64,000 bases of DNA from Camelus ferus. Its lineage: Eukaryota. The stretch's first letter is position 1. Each line of letters opens with the position of its first letter. A program made the position numbers and the translations under genes. Shown here piece by piece: positions 1 through 12,362 of the stretch. Under the pieces are notes generated by a model, which searched no databases, was not told the DNA's origin, and saw nothing but the letters and a program-made list of their open reading frames with translations. The stretch is taken from positions 46,192,001-46,256,000 of the forward strand of contig NC_045707.1 in the NCBI RefSeq assembly GCF_009834535.1. Direction: 5' to 3'.

Positions 1-51
1 TAGGCTAAGCGTGCTAAGCATGCGCTCTACCACTTGAGCTATACCCTCCCC
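1..51 (-). mobile_element. tRNA-Ala-derived SINE (camelid Vic-1 type), 5' part, cut by the window edge
   Basis: Reverse complement reads GGGGAGGGTATAGCTCAAGTGGTAGAGCGCATGCTTAGCAC, a tRNA-like head with a Pol III A box. Same family as the copies at 8341 and 31325. Confidence 0.8.
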
Positions 52-644
52 TCTGAATCGCTGAATCTTATATCAACTTTTACTTCTTTTATTTTTCTTC
101 CTGATACCTCTTTTTTCACATTAGAAATTCACTTGGTCTGTGCTGACCTAACATTTCGTTCAGAGGCGCCACTGCAGTATGGTACTTCCTTACCTCTCGA
201 TAGTGTTTTCTTTTTCTTACTGTACTTCATTCCTTAACATCTCAAGGCACTGGTTTCCCTTTTCTCCTGTCTCTTCTGTTTCTCTCCCTGCACTCTCACT
301 TTCTGCTCATGTATCTCTAGGCCCGACATACCGGGATGGCGTGTTGAGACTTCAAGCGGCTTGGGAGGAGAAAGGGCTGGATATTTTGCAGGAGCTGTTA
401 AAGACATTTAATGGACCATTACCTCTCTGGTTATCACTGTTGATGAAATTCTTTGCGTAACTATCTCTCTGTGAAGTTTAATAGGGTACATAATCAAAAT
501 GAGCCGTTTTCAACAAAGGAAATCAGGGTTTTATTTCCCCAGGCGGTGGAGTTTCTCTGCAGGTTTAGAGATCCCATCTCTTTCCCTTCCCAGATGCTCT
601 TCCTCTGGCTGCTTCCATGTATTTCCAAGCGAATCGTCCCATAA

Positions 645-1071
645 ATGGGGTTTTGGGTGGAATTGGGTCCCCCTAAAGTCCACATATTGAAGTCCTAATC
701 TTTTGTAGTTCAGAATGTGACTCTGTGTTTGAAGACAGAGTCTTTAATGGGGTGATTAAATTAAAATGAGGCCATTGGGTTGGGCCCTACTCTAGTCTGA
801 CTGGTGTCCTTATAAGAAGGGGAAGTTCAAACACATCGAGACACCAAGGGTGCGAGTGTACAAGGGAATGACCACGTGAAAAGGCAATGCAGCCAGGGGC
901 TGCCGTCTGCAGCACAAGGAGAGCAGCCTCAGAGGACAGACACCAGCCCTGTTGGCCCCACAATCTGGGACTCCAGCTCCAGAACTGTGAGAAAATAAGT
1001 TTCTGTTATTGAAACCACCCAATCTGTGGGATCTGTGGTATTTTGTCCCAGCAGTCCCACAAACTAATACA
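645..1071 (+). mobile_element. MaLR solo LTR (MLT1A/B-like)
   Basis: Typical MLT1 blocks: GACTGGTGTCCTTATAAGAAGGGG, CTCCAGAACTGTGAGAAAATAAGTTTCTGTT and terminal AAACTAATACA. Confidence 0.8.
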
Positions 1072-1732
1072 CATGGTCATAGCAATGCCACATCTGTGTC
1101 ATGAGGTCGCTGGAGAATCAAACAGGAGAATTCAACATAGGACATCTGGAGAACAGGGTGAAACAACTCTCCTGCAGGAAATAAACCCACCTGAGAGATA
1201 CTCTGGAACAGAAGTGATATGACATGTTTGAAACATGCTTTTTCTTTCCAAGCCCAGCTTTGGGGTTTTGGCCTCCCTTGAAGCCAGGGGAGAAATTCCC
1301 CCACAGGCTCAGAGCTACAGAAGAAAGTAAACCCTGTAGTGTCCAGAGAGCGCTGCCTCCACACTGAAGCTCTGGACGTCTGGTGTGCGGGGTTACTCTA
1401 AGCGCGCCCGGCTTAGATCTGGGTGAGCGAGGGTACCACCCAGCTTTGCCTCAGTTAAACACCTCAGATGGAAGTGAGTTGAGAGGTGCTGTTTAACAGC
1501 ATGGGGCATGGTGGATTTTGGTTCCAGCTTTATGGAGTTAGCTTCAAAGAAGTCTTTAGAAGTAGTTTGCACAGTAGCTGGGTCCTTCTGTGGATTTATT
1601 GGCCTCCACCTCAGTTCTAAAATTTTTCCCTTCATATAAAGCCACAGTGACTTCTGGCTTGATTCAGTACATTAAAGAAGAAAAAAAATGTTTTATGTAC
1701 CCTGTTGTGTGGGCATCTTTAAAATAAGTCCT

Positions 1733-2793
1733 AAAACAAGAAGACAACCTACGGAATGGGAGAAAATTTTTGCAAATGAAACCGGCAAAGGCTTAATCTC
1801 CAGAATATATAAGCAGCTCATATAACTCAATAAGAAAAAAATAAACAACCCAATCCAAAAATGGGCAGAAGATCTCAACAAGCAATTCTCCAAGGAAGAC
1901 ATACAAATGATCAAAAGGCACATGAAAAAATGCTCAATATCACTAATTATCAGAGAAATGCAAATCAAAACTACAATGAAGTATCACCTTACACCAGTCA
2001 GAATGGCCATCATTCAAAAATCCACAAATGACAAATGCTGGAGAGGCTGTGGAGAAAGGGGAACCCTCCTACACTGCTGGTGGGAATGCAGTTTGGTGCA
2101 GCCACTATGGAAAACAGTGTGGAGATTGCCTCAAAAGACTAGGAATAGACTTACCATATGACCCAGGAATCCCACTCCTGGGCTTGTATCCAGAAGGAGC
2201 CCTACTTCAGGATGACACCTGCACCCCAGTGTTCATAGCAGCACTATTTACAATAGCCAAAACATGGAAACAGCCTAAATGTCCATCAACAGGTGACTGG
2301 ATAAAGAAGATGTGGTATATTTATATAATGGAATACTACTCAGCCATAAAAACTGACAACATAATGCCATTTGCAGCAACATGGATGCTCCTGGAGGATG
2401 TCATTCTAAGTGAAGTAAGCCAGAAAGAGAAAGAAAAATACCATATGAGATCGCTCATATGTGGAATCTAAAAAACAAAAACAAAAACAAAAACAAACAA
2501 ACAAACAAACAAAAACAAAGCATAAATACAGGACAGAAATAGACTCATAGACAGAGAATACAGACTTGTGGAGGGTGGGAAGGGATAGACTGGGATTTCA
2601 AAATTGTAGAATAGATAAACAAGATTACACTGTATAGCACAGGGAAATATACACAAAATGTTATGATAACTCACAGAGAAAAAAATGTGACAATGAGTGT
2701 GTAAATGTCCATGAATGACTGAAAAATTGTGCTGAACACTGGAATTTGACACATTGTAAAATGATTATAAATCAATAAAAAATGTTTAAAAAA
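1733..2793 (+). mobile_element. 5'-truncated, relatively young LINE-1 (ORF2 C-terminus, 3'UTR, A-rich tail)
   Basis: ORF2 C-terminal peptides ([19 protein letters not shown]...; [13 protein letters not shown]...AKTWKQPKCP...SLICGI*) lie in two frames. Perfect TSD TAAAATAAGTCCT at 1720-1732 and 2794-2806, at a TTT/AAAA endonuclease site. Confidence 0.95.
2470..2519. repeat. (AAAAAC)n/(AAAC)n microsatellite inside the L1 3'UTR
   Basis: Read directly from the sequence. Confidence 0.85.
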
Positions 2794-2980
2794 TAAAATA
2801 AGTCCTTAAAAACCTTCATTTCTGTAATGAATTATAGAGAATACTTGTCAGCCTCTGTGTTTTCACATTTCAGCAGCTAAATAAAAGTGACCTTTGTTGT
2901 TTATGTTGACAAGTAGTCAATATAAAAAAATTAATGAATATTTTGCATTTTTTTGGTGCTTAGTCTTCAAAATGTAATTT

Positions 2981-3089
2981 AATTAAAATTAAATTAAATT
3001 AAAAATTCATTTCCTCTGTTCCAGTAGGCACATTTCAAGTGTTCACTGGTCACACATGGCTAGTGTCTACTATATTGGACAGTGCAGCT
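2981..3089. mobile_element. hAT-Charlie MITE fragment (MER3/MER33-like)
   Basis: CACATTTCAAGTGTTCACTGGTCACACATGGCTAGTGTCTACTATATTGGACAGTGCAG resembles the MER3/MER33 terminus. Confidence 0.65.
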
Positions 3090-4289
3090 TCGGACAATCA
3101 TTTATTATGCAATCAACCTTGATATCTAAAGGAGGGGAAATATTTAAGGCACAGTAATTTAAATAGGTGTTTCTGGGCTGGGGTTTTATGAATAACATAT
3201 ATTCTAATGGGTTATATCTAAAACAGTCTGATATTTTTGGATTGAAAAAATGCAGTTCCATTTGTAGAAAGATCAGATGGAACTAATCAAGGATGGGAAA
3301 AACCTCTTCTCAGAGCTTTGTCTAGAGAATAGTTTTGCAATTACAAGTCTCAGGAGGCTACAGTGAAACTCATGCATTTTCTACCTCTTTGAATGGAGCA
3401 GAAATTCTCAGTCGAGCTTTACAAGCTGGTCTCTTCTCATGTCTTTTATTTGTTTTTCCTCTTACTGTGTGTTACCTTTAAGAGTCCCTTTTCACAGTTG
3501 AAAGGATTATTGTTGTTTTTAAATCCAAATGACCAAACTCTGAAAGACCCACATGTGGGATTCCTAGTCACTTCTGATAATTCCTGAACACGTGTGTGTT
3601 AAGTCCGTGCTCATGCTTGTAAGCGAGGATCTACTGGGTATAAATTGTGTGCCTGCGGTAGCAGTTCTCTCTTCTTGTGAAAGATATTCCTTGAATGGAA
3701 TGTCAGAAATATTCACTGAGTGCGCATCATCCACAGCTGATCTGGCAAAAAGCAATGAGAAGTAATAGAACTATAGACTACATTTCAAAGCTGTCAGCTA
3801 GGTGGGTGAGTACTTCTATATACTTGTAGGAAATTTCACCGTCACTTCCACAGTGATATGAGAGTTGAGTTCTCGTTATGTGAAACTTGAAATGCAAAAC
3901 TGAAAATCTAGAAGTGCTTGGAAATGATTTTTTTAAAAAAGAGAAAAAGATTTACAAGGAGCCTTCAGATGGATGATAAACTCTTAATGATGTAATTTTG
4001 AATTTCAAAAGCCCTGTTCATTTTCCTTCTCAGATGAAGAATAGGAAACAAGAGGCTTAGACTATAGAAATTGTCTTCCTGGGGCTATCAGGAATGCTGA
4101 TGTTCATCAGACTGTTTGGTAGAAGCAAAAGGTCAAGCAGGGGGGTGGGGGCAAGACAGGTTCATATGAGCTACAAGTTACATGAGGGGCCATGCAGCAG
4201 TGGGGTTTCCAGATACACTGAGGTTTTCGCCTCTGTTCCCGTTCTCAGTGGTGCCAGCATAGGCCTTTGGTTAAGAGACAGTTATTGTT

Positions 4290-4530
4290 TAGTGGGGTGC
4301 AATTATCCCCATTCTACATGTGAGGGAACTGAGGCATATAAAGTTTAAACATATTGTCCAAGGATACATAACTAGTAAATCAGCTTTGGTGTCAAATAGA
4401 TCCAGAATTTGGACTCCACTTTTGCCAATTATTAGCTGGGTACCCGTAGGTCAAATCACTTAATCTATTCAGAAATAGATTGACTACTATCTACTCAGAA
4501 AATGGAAAAAATAATAGCACCTACTATTAC
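4290..4530. mobile_element. Two adjacent MIR SINE fragments in opposite orientation
   Basis: MIR core CCCATTCTACATGTGAGGGAACTGAGGC (minus), followed by CTTTGGTGTCAAATAGATCC...TCACTTAATCT (plus). Confidence 0.55.
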
Positions 4531-4979
4531 AGAAGTGGGGGCAGGAAAGGGGTTTGGCATAACTCAGAATTGATGCATTTACACTTTCTGTGCAGATGAA
4601 GTAGGCTAAATAAATAACTGTTGTCATTTGCTGACTCCGTACAGAGTGCTATATAGTAGAGATTCTGTAAGAAGACACAGAAGAAATGGAGGAAGATTTT
4701 TTCTTATTCTTCAGTGGCAAAATGTTTTGAGGCTTCTGTTGACCATTTTGCTCTGAACATTTGGGGATTGGGGTGGGGCGGGACAGGAAGTGTCAACATT
4801 TGGATACTTTATACCAGGCTTTTGTTAGGCTCTGGGTCAGTCAGTATTAGGTCTGGCTACATATAACAGAAAAACTTCACTTTCTATAATGAGTTAAGAG
4901 AAATAGGCTCTGGTTAGCATTTTCATGCAGAATGTTTGATTTTTAGTAACAGATGACTGACATTAATTGGGAAACAACC

Positions 4980-5200
4980 ATAGTACAACATATTTATCCA
5001 TTTGTTGTTGGTGACAATTGGGTTGTTTCCATATGAGGGCTCATACCACTATGAACATACTTGTATGTGTGTCCTGGTTGACTTGTGTCCTCTGGGATAC
5101 GTACTGAGGAGTGGAGAGGCTGGGTCACAGGGTAGGCATGCCTTCAGCTTTATGAGATCATGCCAAATCGTGCTTCAGAGGGGTTGTACCTGTTTGTGTC
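4980..5200 (-). mobile_element. Old L1M fragment
   Basis: TTTATCCATT...TTGGGTTGTTTCCA...CTATGAACAT, the antisense L1 ORF2 3' motif series. Confidence 0.6.
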
Positions 5201-6289
5201 ACATCAGATTTCTCTGGCAACTTCATCTGCCACCAGTCTTATCTTGCAAAGTGAGTCGATAAAATGGAAAGTGAACTCACAAACATTGTGTTCCTGCAGT
5301 GTAGCTAGTTCATCCTTCAGGTTCGGTATGTGCTGGATAAGAAAGAATTCTCCTTGGCTGGTCAAGCATAGCATGGAGTCAGCTCGAGATCTCCAGAGAA
5401 CAGCCTGCCTCTGTGATGGAGTGAAGTCGGAACCCTCAGCATCACATCTCCAGTTAAGGGCTTAACCGAGCAGAACACTCTGTGCTCAGCACAAAGTAAG
5501 GCATTTTCACCTACGTTTGTTTTCCGTCCTTGCTGCGACTTCTGGGAAAACTGCAGGAGGAGACAGCCAAGAGTCGCACACAATGATCAGACAGTGAAAC
5601 AGTTTCCTAGTGAATGGTAGACTCAAGAGGTTAGAAGTGACACAGCACTCACGTTATAATCTATGTGTTACACGATACAATACAAAGACTCAAACCAACA
5701 CAGGGACCCCACAGCAGAACATAGCAAACGAATTCGCACAGTTCTCTATTCAATGTAGAGAATGTACATTTTTGCCTTTTACTTACAGTGTAAATTTTTA
5801 CTAAACAACTCAGTGTGTAATGAGTCGTTTTGAACCTGAACCAAATCTATGAACTTTGATGTACTCTTCCAACCAAATCAGGGCTTAATTGTCAGTCATT
5901 TATTCAACAGAAACCTTAAAGAATGATACTTTGTGTAGACGCTGTGCTCAGCGCTGGTGGGCCCAGGATAAAGGTCTCTGTCTGCCCTTGGCCTCAGAGT
6001 CTTCATCATTGACTTTAAGACACAGTGTAGCTGCAGCCAGGTACCGATGGTGGTGGTCGCATTGAGCACTGCCCACGGTCTGTCCCTTGCCCCTCAATTT
6101 CTACAGCTGGTCCCCTCCTCTGATGCAACAAGGGGCCAGAACCTGGAAGAACTCTGCTCTGTGGACAACTTCCCCAGAGAAAAAAATTCCCTGTACCACC
6201 CACTCCTACTTGCTGGGTTATTCCCCCCAATCCCAAACCCAGAGATTTTCGTGTGAAAATTACCACAGTTGCACTTAAACTTAAAATAC

Positions 6290-7710
6290 ATTTTAAATTA
6301 AAGTTCTAATTTTGAGATAATTGTACACTCATGTACAGTTGTAGGAATAATACAGAGAGATCCCATGTACCTTTTGCCTAGTTTCCTCAAAGGCAACATC
6401 TTGCAAAACTAGTAGTACAAATATCATATTAACATTGACACGATCCATGATCTTATTCAGATTTCTCTCAGTTTTGCTTGTATGGTTGATTGTCAAACAA
6501 CATCACACAGGTTTGAACTGCGTGGGTCCACTTATAGCAGATTTTTTTCAGTAAACGCATTCAGTACTGCACAATCTGCAGTTGGTTAAAGCCGAGGATG
6601 TGGAACCATGAATACTGAGGGGTGACTATGGGACTTGAGCATCTGTGGATTTTGGTATCCACAATGGGTCCTGAAACCAATGCCCTGTGGGTACCGGGGG
6701 ATGACTGTGTTTGTGTGTGTGTGTGGTGTGTTTAGTTCTCTGCAGTTTTATCACGTGAGTGGGTGCTATCCACCACAGTCAAGATACAGAGGGGTTCCAT
6801 CACCACAGGATCCGTGGTGTTGCTCTGTTATAACTGTAGCCACCTCCTCCTGCAACCCTCTCTCTCCTGGCCCAGTTCCTAATCCTTGGAAACCACCAAT
6901 CTCTTCTCCATTTCTAAAATTTTGTCATTTCAAGAATGCTACATGGATGAAATCATATGGTATATAACCTTTGGTAGCTTTCCTAACACAACGTAGGCCC
7001 CTCAACACTCACCCAAGCTGTTGTGTATCAGTAGTGTGTACTTTTTATTACCTGAGCAGTATTTCATAGTGTGGATGTCCCACAGTTTGTTTCACCATTC
7101 ACCTGTTGAAGGACATCTGGGCTGTTTCCAGCTTTTGGCTTTTATGAATAAAGCTACTATGAACATTTTTGTGCAGGTTTTTATGTGAACGTGTTTTCTC
7201 TGGGATAAATGTCCAAGAGTGCAATTGCTGAGTCATATGGTATTTGCATGTTTAGTTTTATAGGAAAATGCCAAACTTTTTTTCAGAGAAGCTGTACAAC
7301 TTTACTTTCCCACCAGAAATGTATGAATTATCTAGTTTCTCCATATCTTTGCCAGCATTTAGTGCTATCACTATTTTTTATTTTAACCATTCTGATAGGT
7401 TCTAATAGGTATGTGGTGATGCTTCACTGATGTTTTAATTTGCATTTCCCTAATGGCTGGTGACATTAAACATCTTTTCATCTGTATATCTTCTTTGATG
7501 CAATGTCTATTCATGCCTTTTGCCCATTTTTTAGTTGGATTGTTTATTTTTTCATTACTGAGTTTTCAAGTTCTTTATTCTAGATACCAATCTAACTAAT
7601 TTATTGGATATGTGGTTTTGCAAATATTTCTCCCCATCTGTATCTTATCTTTTCATCCTCTTAACAAGGTCTTTCACAAGGCAAAAGTTTTTCATTTTGA
7701 TGAGATAAAA
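6290..7710 (-). mobile_element. Old L1 (L1MC-like) 3' region, interrupted by a Tigger MITE
   Basis: TTTTGAGATAATTGTACACTCA...; CCATTCACCTGTTGAAGGACATCTGGGCTGTTTCCAG; TTAATTTGCATTTCCCTAATGG. Confidence 0.8.
6483..6708 (-). mobile_element. Tigger-derived MITE (MER2/MER8-like) nested in L1
   Basis: GGTTTGAACTGCGTGGGTCCACTTAT...GGGACTTGAGCATCTGTGGATTTTGGTATCC...GGGATGACTG. Similar to the copies at 46840 and 58875. Confidence 0.75.
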
Positions 7711-8340
7711 TACATTTTTGTTCTTTTTAATGTAGCTTCATATCTGCAGGGAAGATAAATATAGGAGACCAGTTTTCTGAACACTTAAAGTCTCCCTGTA
7801 GAATCCTCTTTAAGATTCATTGCTCTTGAGAAATCAATAGCATGAAATTGTTGCATTTTCTGAAAAAAGGAATCTTAGAAGGAAAGTTCCCTAGCCTGCA
7901 GAGTTTGAGTTGAGACTACTTTCCTGTTTTTATCAAAATCTTGCCAAGTGGAAGTTTGGGGCTTCTATGTGCCAGGTGATTGCTAATGCTAAGTAAGTAG
8001 CAGTGATTGTGTTCTTACAGTCATATAGAATGGGCTATGTTAACAATTAAATATAAACATTAGGAGTGGCCATTTCCACTTGGCTGTAAGTCAGGCAGTT
8101 AAAATTAGAGATTCATATTTGCATCAGCCCTGGAAGCTTCTGAACTGCAGTATAAACAAATCTTGTCTATATCACCATGTGTTCACCTCAAGCTAGTTGA
8201 ATAAATCTTTAAAATCTGATTTAGTCTTCTCTTCCCTCTCTCTGTCCTTAAATCCCTCGGAAAAAAAATGCTTGCTGTGCTTTTTGTTTTATAATTTTTT
8301 CCTCCAGAGAAACACTTTCCTATGATCGAAATGGAGTATG

Positions 8341-8467
8341 TGGACAAGGGTATATAGCTCAGTGGTAGAGCTTGTGCTTAGCATGCACGAGGTCCTGGGT
8401 TCAATCCTCAGTACCTCCATTAAAATAAATGAATAAATAAAACTAATTTCCTCCCCCTCCAAAAAAA
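8341..8467 (+). mobile_element. Near full-length tRNA-Ala(AGC)-derived SINE (Vic-1 type)
   Basis: A box TAGCTCAGTGG, anticodon-like arm GTGC-TTAGCAT-GCAC, B box GGTTCAATCC and an A-rich tail. TSD AAATGGAGTATG (8329-8340) / AAATGGAATATG (8465-8476). Confidence 0.9.
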
Positions 8468-9395
8468 TGGAATATGAAAGGAATTTCCTTTACTTTATAA
8501 GAGGCTTGCATTTTCATCTTTAAAGTCAGACTTTCCTTTCTGTTTATTTCCTTCTCCACGCTATGTTATGGTAAGCCTGGAACACCTAAGGAGGTGAGGT
8601 TCACGAGAAGACCATTTTTTTCCTTTGTCCCACCTCTGTATCAAGGATATAACTATCTTTGCATCTGTAGCAACTTTTTTGTTTTTGGCTGTCTCGCTGT
8701 CTAAATCGGATGCCCCTTCAGGACTGGACCATGTCTTAACTTATTTTTATATCCCCGCACCAAAAGCAGAGCCCATCACCTCAAGGTTAAAGGTGCTCCA
8801 TAAAGAGTTGCAGAGTTGAAAAACGTCAGTCACTAGTCAGTATCTGAAAATTGGTAACACTCATCGTTCAGCAGATCTTCATCCTTATATATTGTTCATT
8901 CCAACCCCTTGAGGTCAAAAGCTACCTTTTGCTTATGCCTTGCTCATTTTTTAAACCCTAGTGTTTGGAACATAACTAAGCATTTAATAAATGTTGAATC
9001 CATCCATTCATTCAGCAAGGATGCACTGAATACCTGATACTATGCTAGGAACCAGGACTGTACACAGTTACCTAGAAGGCATAGTCTTTCCCTTCAGGTA
9101 GTCTACAATCTAATCAGGGGACAGCACCTATAAATTATCACATAAAATACTTAAATAACATGGTAAGATATTATAAATTTTGAGAGATAGAGGCTATAAT
9201 TAAACAGTCTACAGGAGGTCATCTAGCATAGACTGAACAAGGAAGGCTCTCTAGCTAGTGGCCTGAGAAAATCCTGGGTCCCCACTAGAATTCTCTGTTC
9301 ATTCACCCTCTATTCATGCTGTCCACAGTTCTTGCTTTCTCTTGAAATGCTACCCTTCTCTTTGCCCTCTTTCTACCCATACTCAGCATTGAATG

Positions 9396-10486
9396 TTGTA
9401 TTAGTCAGGAATTTTGAAACTGGTTTAAGCAAAAAGAGGAATACCTTGCTCCGTATTACTGGAGAGGGAGTCTAGCCATATCTGATGTGGTGGATCTGCT
9501 GCTGTGATGGCAGCCAGCAGTTTCTCCCATCCCCATATGTGCATACTCCTCCTTCCATCAAGAGGTGGATACTGTTTCTCCTCCCTTTGAGTCTGGGCTG
9601 GGCTTTTGCCGCATTTTGACCAATAGAAGTGACAGAAGTGATATTCTCCCAGCTCCAGGCTGGGCCTTGGGAGGTCAGACAGCTTTTATTTGTGATCTCT
9701 TGGAAGTCACTGTGTAAAGAAGTCCAACTACTCTGGTGGGCATAGGGGAGCCCTGGCAGATGAGAGACCATAAAATATAAAAATACTTTGTTAAAAAATG
9801 TAAGTATATATAGAGCAGAGACCTGGCTAGCCCCATGAGTTCCAGTCACCCCCATTCCTATAGGTGCTGACACGTGAGTGAAGCCATCTTGGATACTCCA
9901 GCCCCAGTCAATGTTACGAGGAGCAGAGAAAAGCCACCCCCACCCCCTTGGAGGTCTGCTCAAATTGCAGGATCATGGGCCAATGAACGGTAGCTCTTGT
10001 AAGCCAGTATGTTTAAGGTGATTTGTCATACAGCAACAGATAGTGGGAAAAGCTGGATCTAGTGCTAATAAGTAATAAGTCTTTCTCCTTCCATGGCTCT
10101 GTTTTCCTCAGAGAGGAGTCTGTCTTTGTATGTCTACCACATGCCAGCAAGGACACCCACCACAGCAGCAGGCTTACATTCTTCCAGCTTAGCCATGCCT
10201 GCTGAAAGGCGCAGTTCTTTCCCAGCAGTTCTAGCAGAAGTATCAGGGGTGGCTCTAGTTGGCTCAGACTGGGTCATGTGCTTGTCTCTGCACAAGGCAC
10301 AGTGACTGATTGGCCAAGTCTGGATCACATGCTTCTCCCTGGAGCCAGGGGTAGGGAATGGTCAGCCTCACCTAAACCACTTGGATTGAAGGCTGGGGTA
10401 GGATAGGTCCCAAAAGAAAAATCCAGGCACTGTTTTGAGAATAAGAAACTGGATGCTGGGCAGGCAAAAACCAACGAATATGTACT
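9396..10486 (-). mobile_element. Old MaLR LTR (MLT1J/K-like), split by a second MLT1 LTR
   Basis: TGTATTAGTCAGG...AACTGGTTTAAGCAAAAAGAGG on the left; TTGGCTCAGACTGGGTCATGTGC...GGATGCTGGGCAGGCAAAAA on the right. Confidence 0.55.
9487..10045 (+). mobile_element. MaLR LTR (MLT1H-like) nested in the older LTR
   Basis: CCATCAAGAGGTGG...CTCCCTTTGAGTCTGGGCTGG...TTTGACCAATAGAAG...GTGAGTGAAGCCATCTTGGA...TTTGTCATACAGCAACAGATA. Confidence 0.7.
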
Positions 10487-12309
10487 ATAAAAGTCAAGTA
10501 TAATCCTACCTCTTTTATGAAGCCCTTTCTAGTCATTCTAAACTTTAAACTATTATAGCTCAAATGACCTATTCCACTTCTTTGGTGCTCAACATATGCT
10601 TCTTTATTGTGCCATGTACACTTTGGAAGTAAATTCTTATTTCACAGCTTAGATTTTGTACCTTTGTATTCCTTATTGTTCTGACTGCATTTGTTACCTT
10701 AAAAGTGTGATTTTTTTCCCCATTACTTTTGCAGAGAGAGGTAATTCTTACACTGGTAGGAGAAATTGCATTTTTTTCTTTCCCTCTCTTTTCTTTCTCA
10801 GGGACTGACAAAACCCTAGGCATTGCCTCCAAATGGGGGCACATGGTCTGTTTTCCCCGTGGGTCCTGATTCCAAATAGGAGAGCCAAATGGTGAACAGC
10901 ACTGCTTGTTTTCTTTCTTTTCTGGGGAGCTTGCTCTTGTGCTATTTAATTTGGGCTTTTAAAAACATTATTTAGTGTGAGAGCCCAGTAGAGCAGCTTT
11001 TGGGCAACTAGCTTATGAAATAAATCTAAATGATCTAAAAAAGAACATCCTCTGCTAATTGAAATTGAAGCAAGCCTAATAAAGTTTTAATTCAACCTTT
11101 TCACGGAGGGTGAGCATTTCCAGGATGGAGTTCTCAGCAACACCAAGACAGTAATAGAAATGAAAAGTCGGTGCCTGTTGTCACACCAACCATAAGCCCA
11201 AACTTTTTAAGTCTGACCTCTCTAAAGTTACACACAGACACAGTTATATACACACACATACAACTGAGCAGTATACTTTCTATAGCCTTAGGTGCCTGAG
11301 AAAAAACGAGGTAGCAAGTAAATGATGGGGGGAACCCAGAGATAGACTCTCATAGATTTCAGAATGGGTGTTTATAAGATTAAATTGACTCAAGGACTTA
11401 AGTTAATAATAGCAGACCATCTTGCCTTTATGTCAAGATTTATATTTGTAAAAGTGCTATTGCATTTCTGTATTTGAGTAGATACCCCTACTGGTGACTT
11501 AAGTCTAGGATTAAGGATGTGATCATCACATCTGTCCTTCGAGTCTTCGTTGCCTTTAAAATTTTAAATTATTATGAAATATTTTGTATGTGTGTGTGAA
11601 CAAATACACATCAGTATACCAGTAGTCATTTGTTAAACATGGCATTATTTATAATCTTGCACCCTCTCCTCCTGAGTCCTCTTTGTTCCCCACCAGAGAT
11701 AAATACTGTCTTGACATTTGTGTTTGTCGGGCTCTTGCTTTTCTTAATAGTTTAACTATGTATCTTTGTTTACTTTTAAAAATGTCATTTATTCTTCATG
11801 TTTTTTAACTTTACGTGAATAGAATCTCACAACAGGTAATTTTATGTGCTTTGCTTTTTTTTTTGTTTCTCAGGATTGTTTGTGAAATTCATCCCTATTA
11901 ATTTTTTTAGTTCTAGTTTTGTTTGTGGCTTCTCTTTTCAGCTTATTATTATTTCATTTCATAAGCAGAAGTTTTAAAATTTTAATGTAGCTGAATCTTT
12001 ATGGTTTTTGCTTTTGATGAACTGCTTTTTATGACTTAAGATCATAAGGATATTCTCCCATTTTCTTCTGGCAGTTTTAAAAGTTGTGTTTTTTCCTTTC
12101 AGTCTTTAATCTATCTGGTACTGATTTTTGTGTATGCTGTGAGGTAGGGATCATTTTTTTCCCCCCACAACTGAAAAGGCAAAGCATGTCACTCCATTCC
12201 TTCTGTCTGAAATGTTCAGGTATCTTACATGACTGGCTCCCTTTCTTCTCAGGTCTCCACTCAAGTGTCACCTTATGATGGAGGCCTTCTCTGCCCATCC
12301 TGGCTAAGA

Positions 12310-12310
<1 letters not shown>

Positions 12311-12358
<48 letters not shown>
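12311..12358. repeat. (CA)24 perfect microsatellite
   Basis: Read directly from the sequence. Confidence 0.97.

Positions 12359-12362
<4 letters not shown>

Noticed and set aside
1907..2471. 84-aa and 147-aa ORFs as independent genes
   Set aside because: They are frameshifted pieces of the L1 ORF2 C-terminus inside a TSD-flanked truncated L1.
8346..8420. tRNA-Ala(AGC) gene
   Set aside because: It has an A-rich tail, a TSD, an imperfect acceptor stem and other diverged copies in the window, so it is a SINE.
9472..9963. 163-aa minus-strand ORF
   Set aside because: Lies almost entirely within an MLT1 LTR and resembles no protein I recognise.
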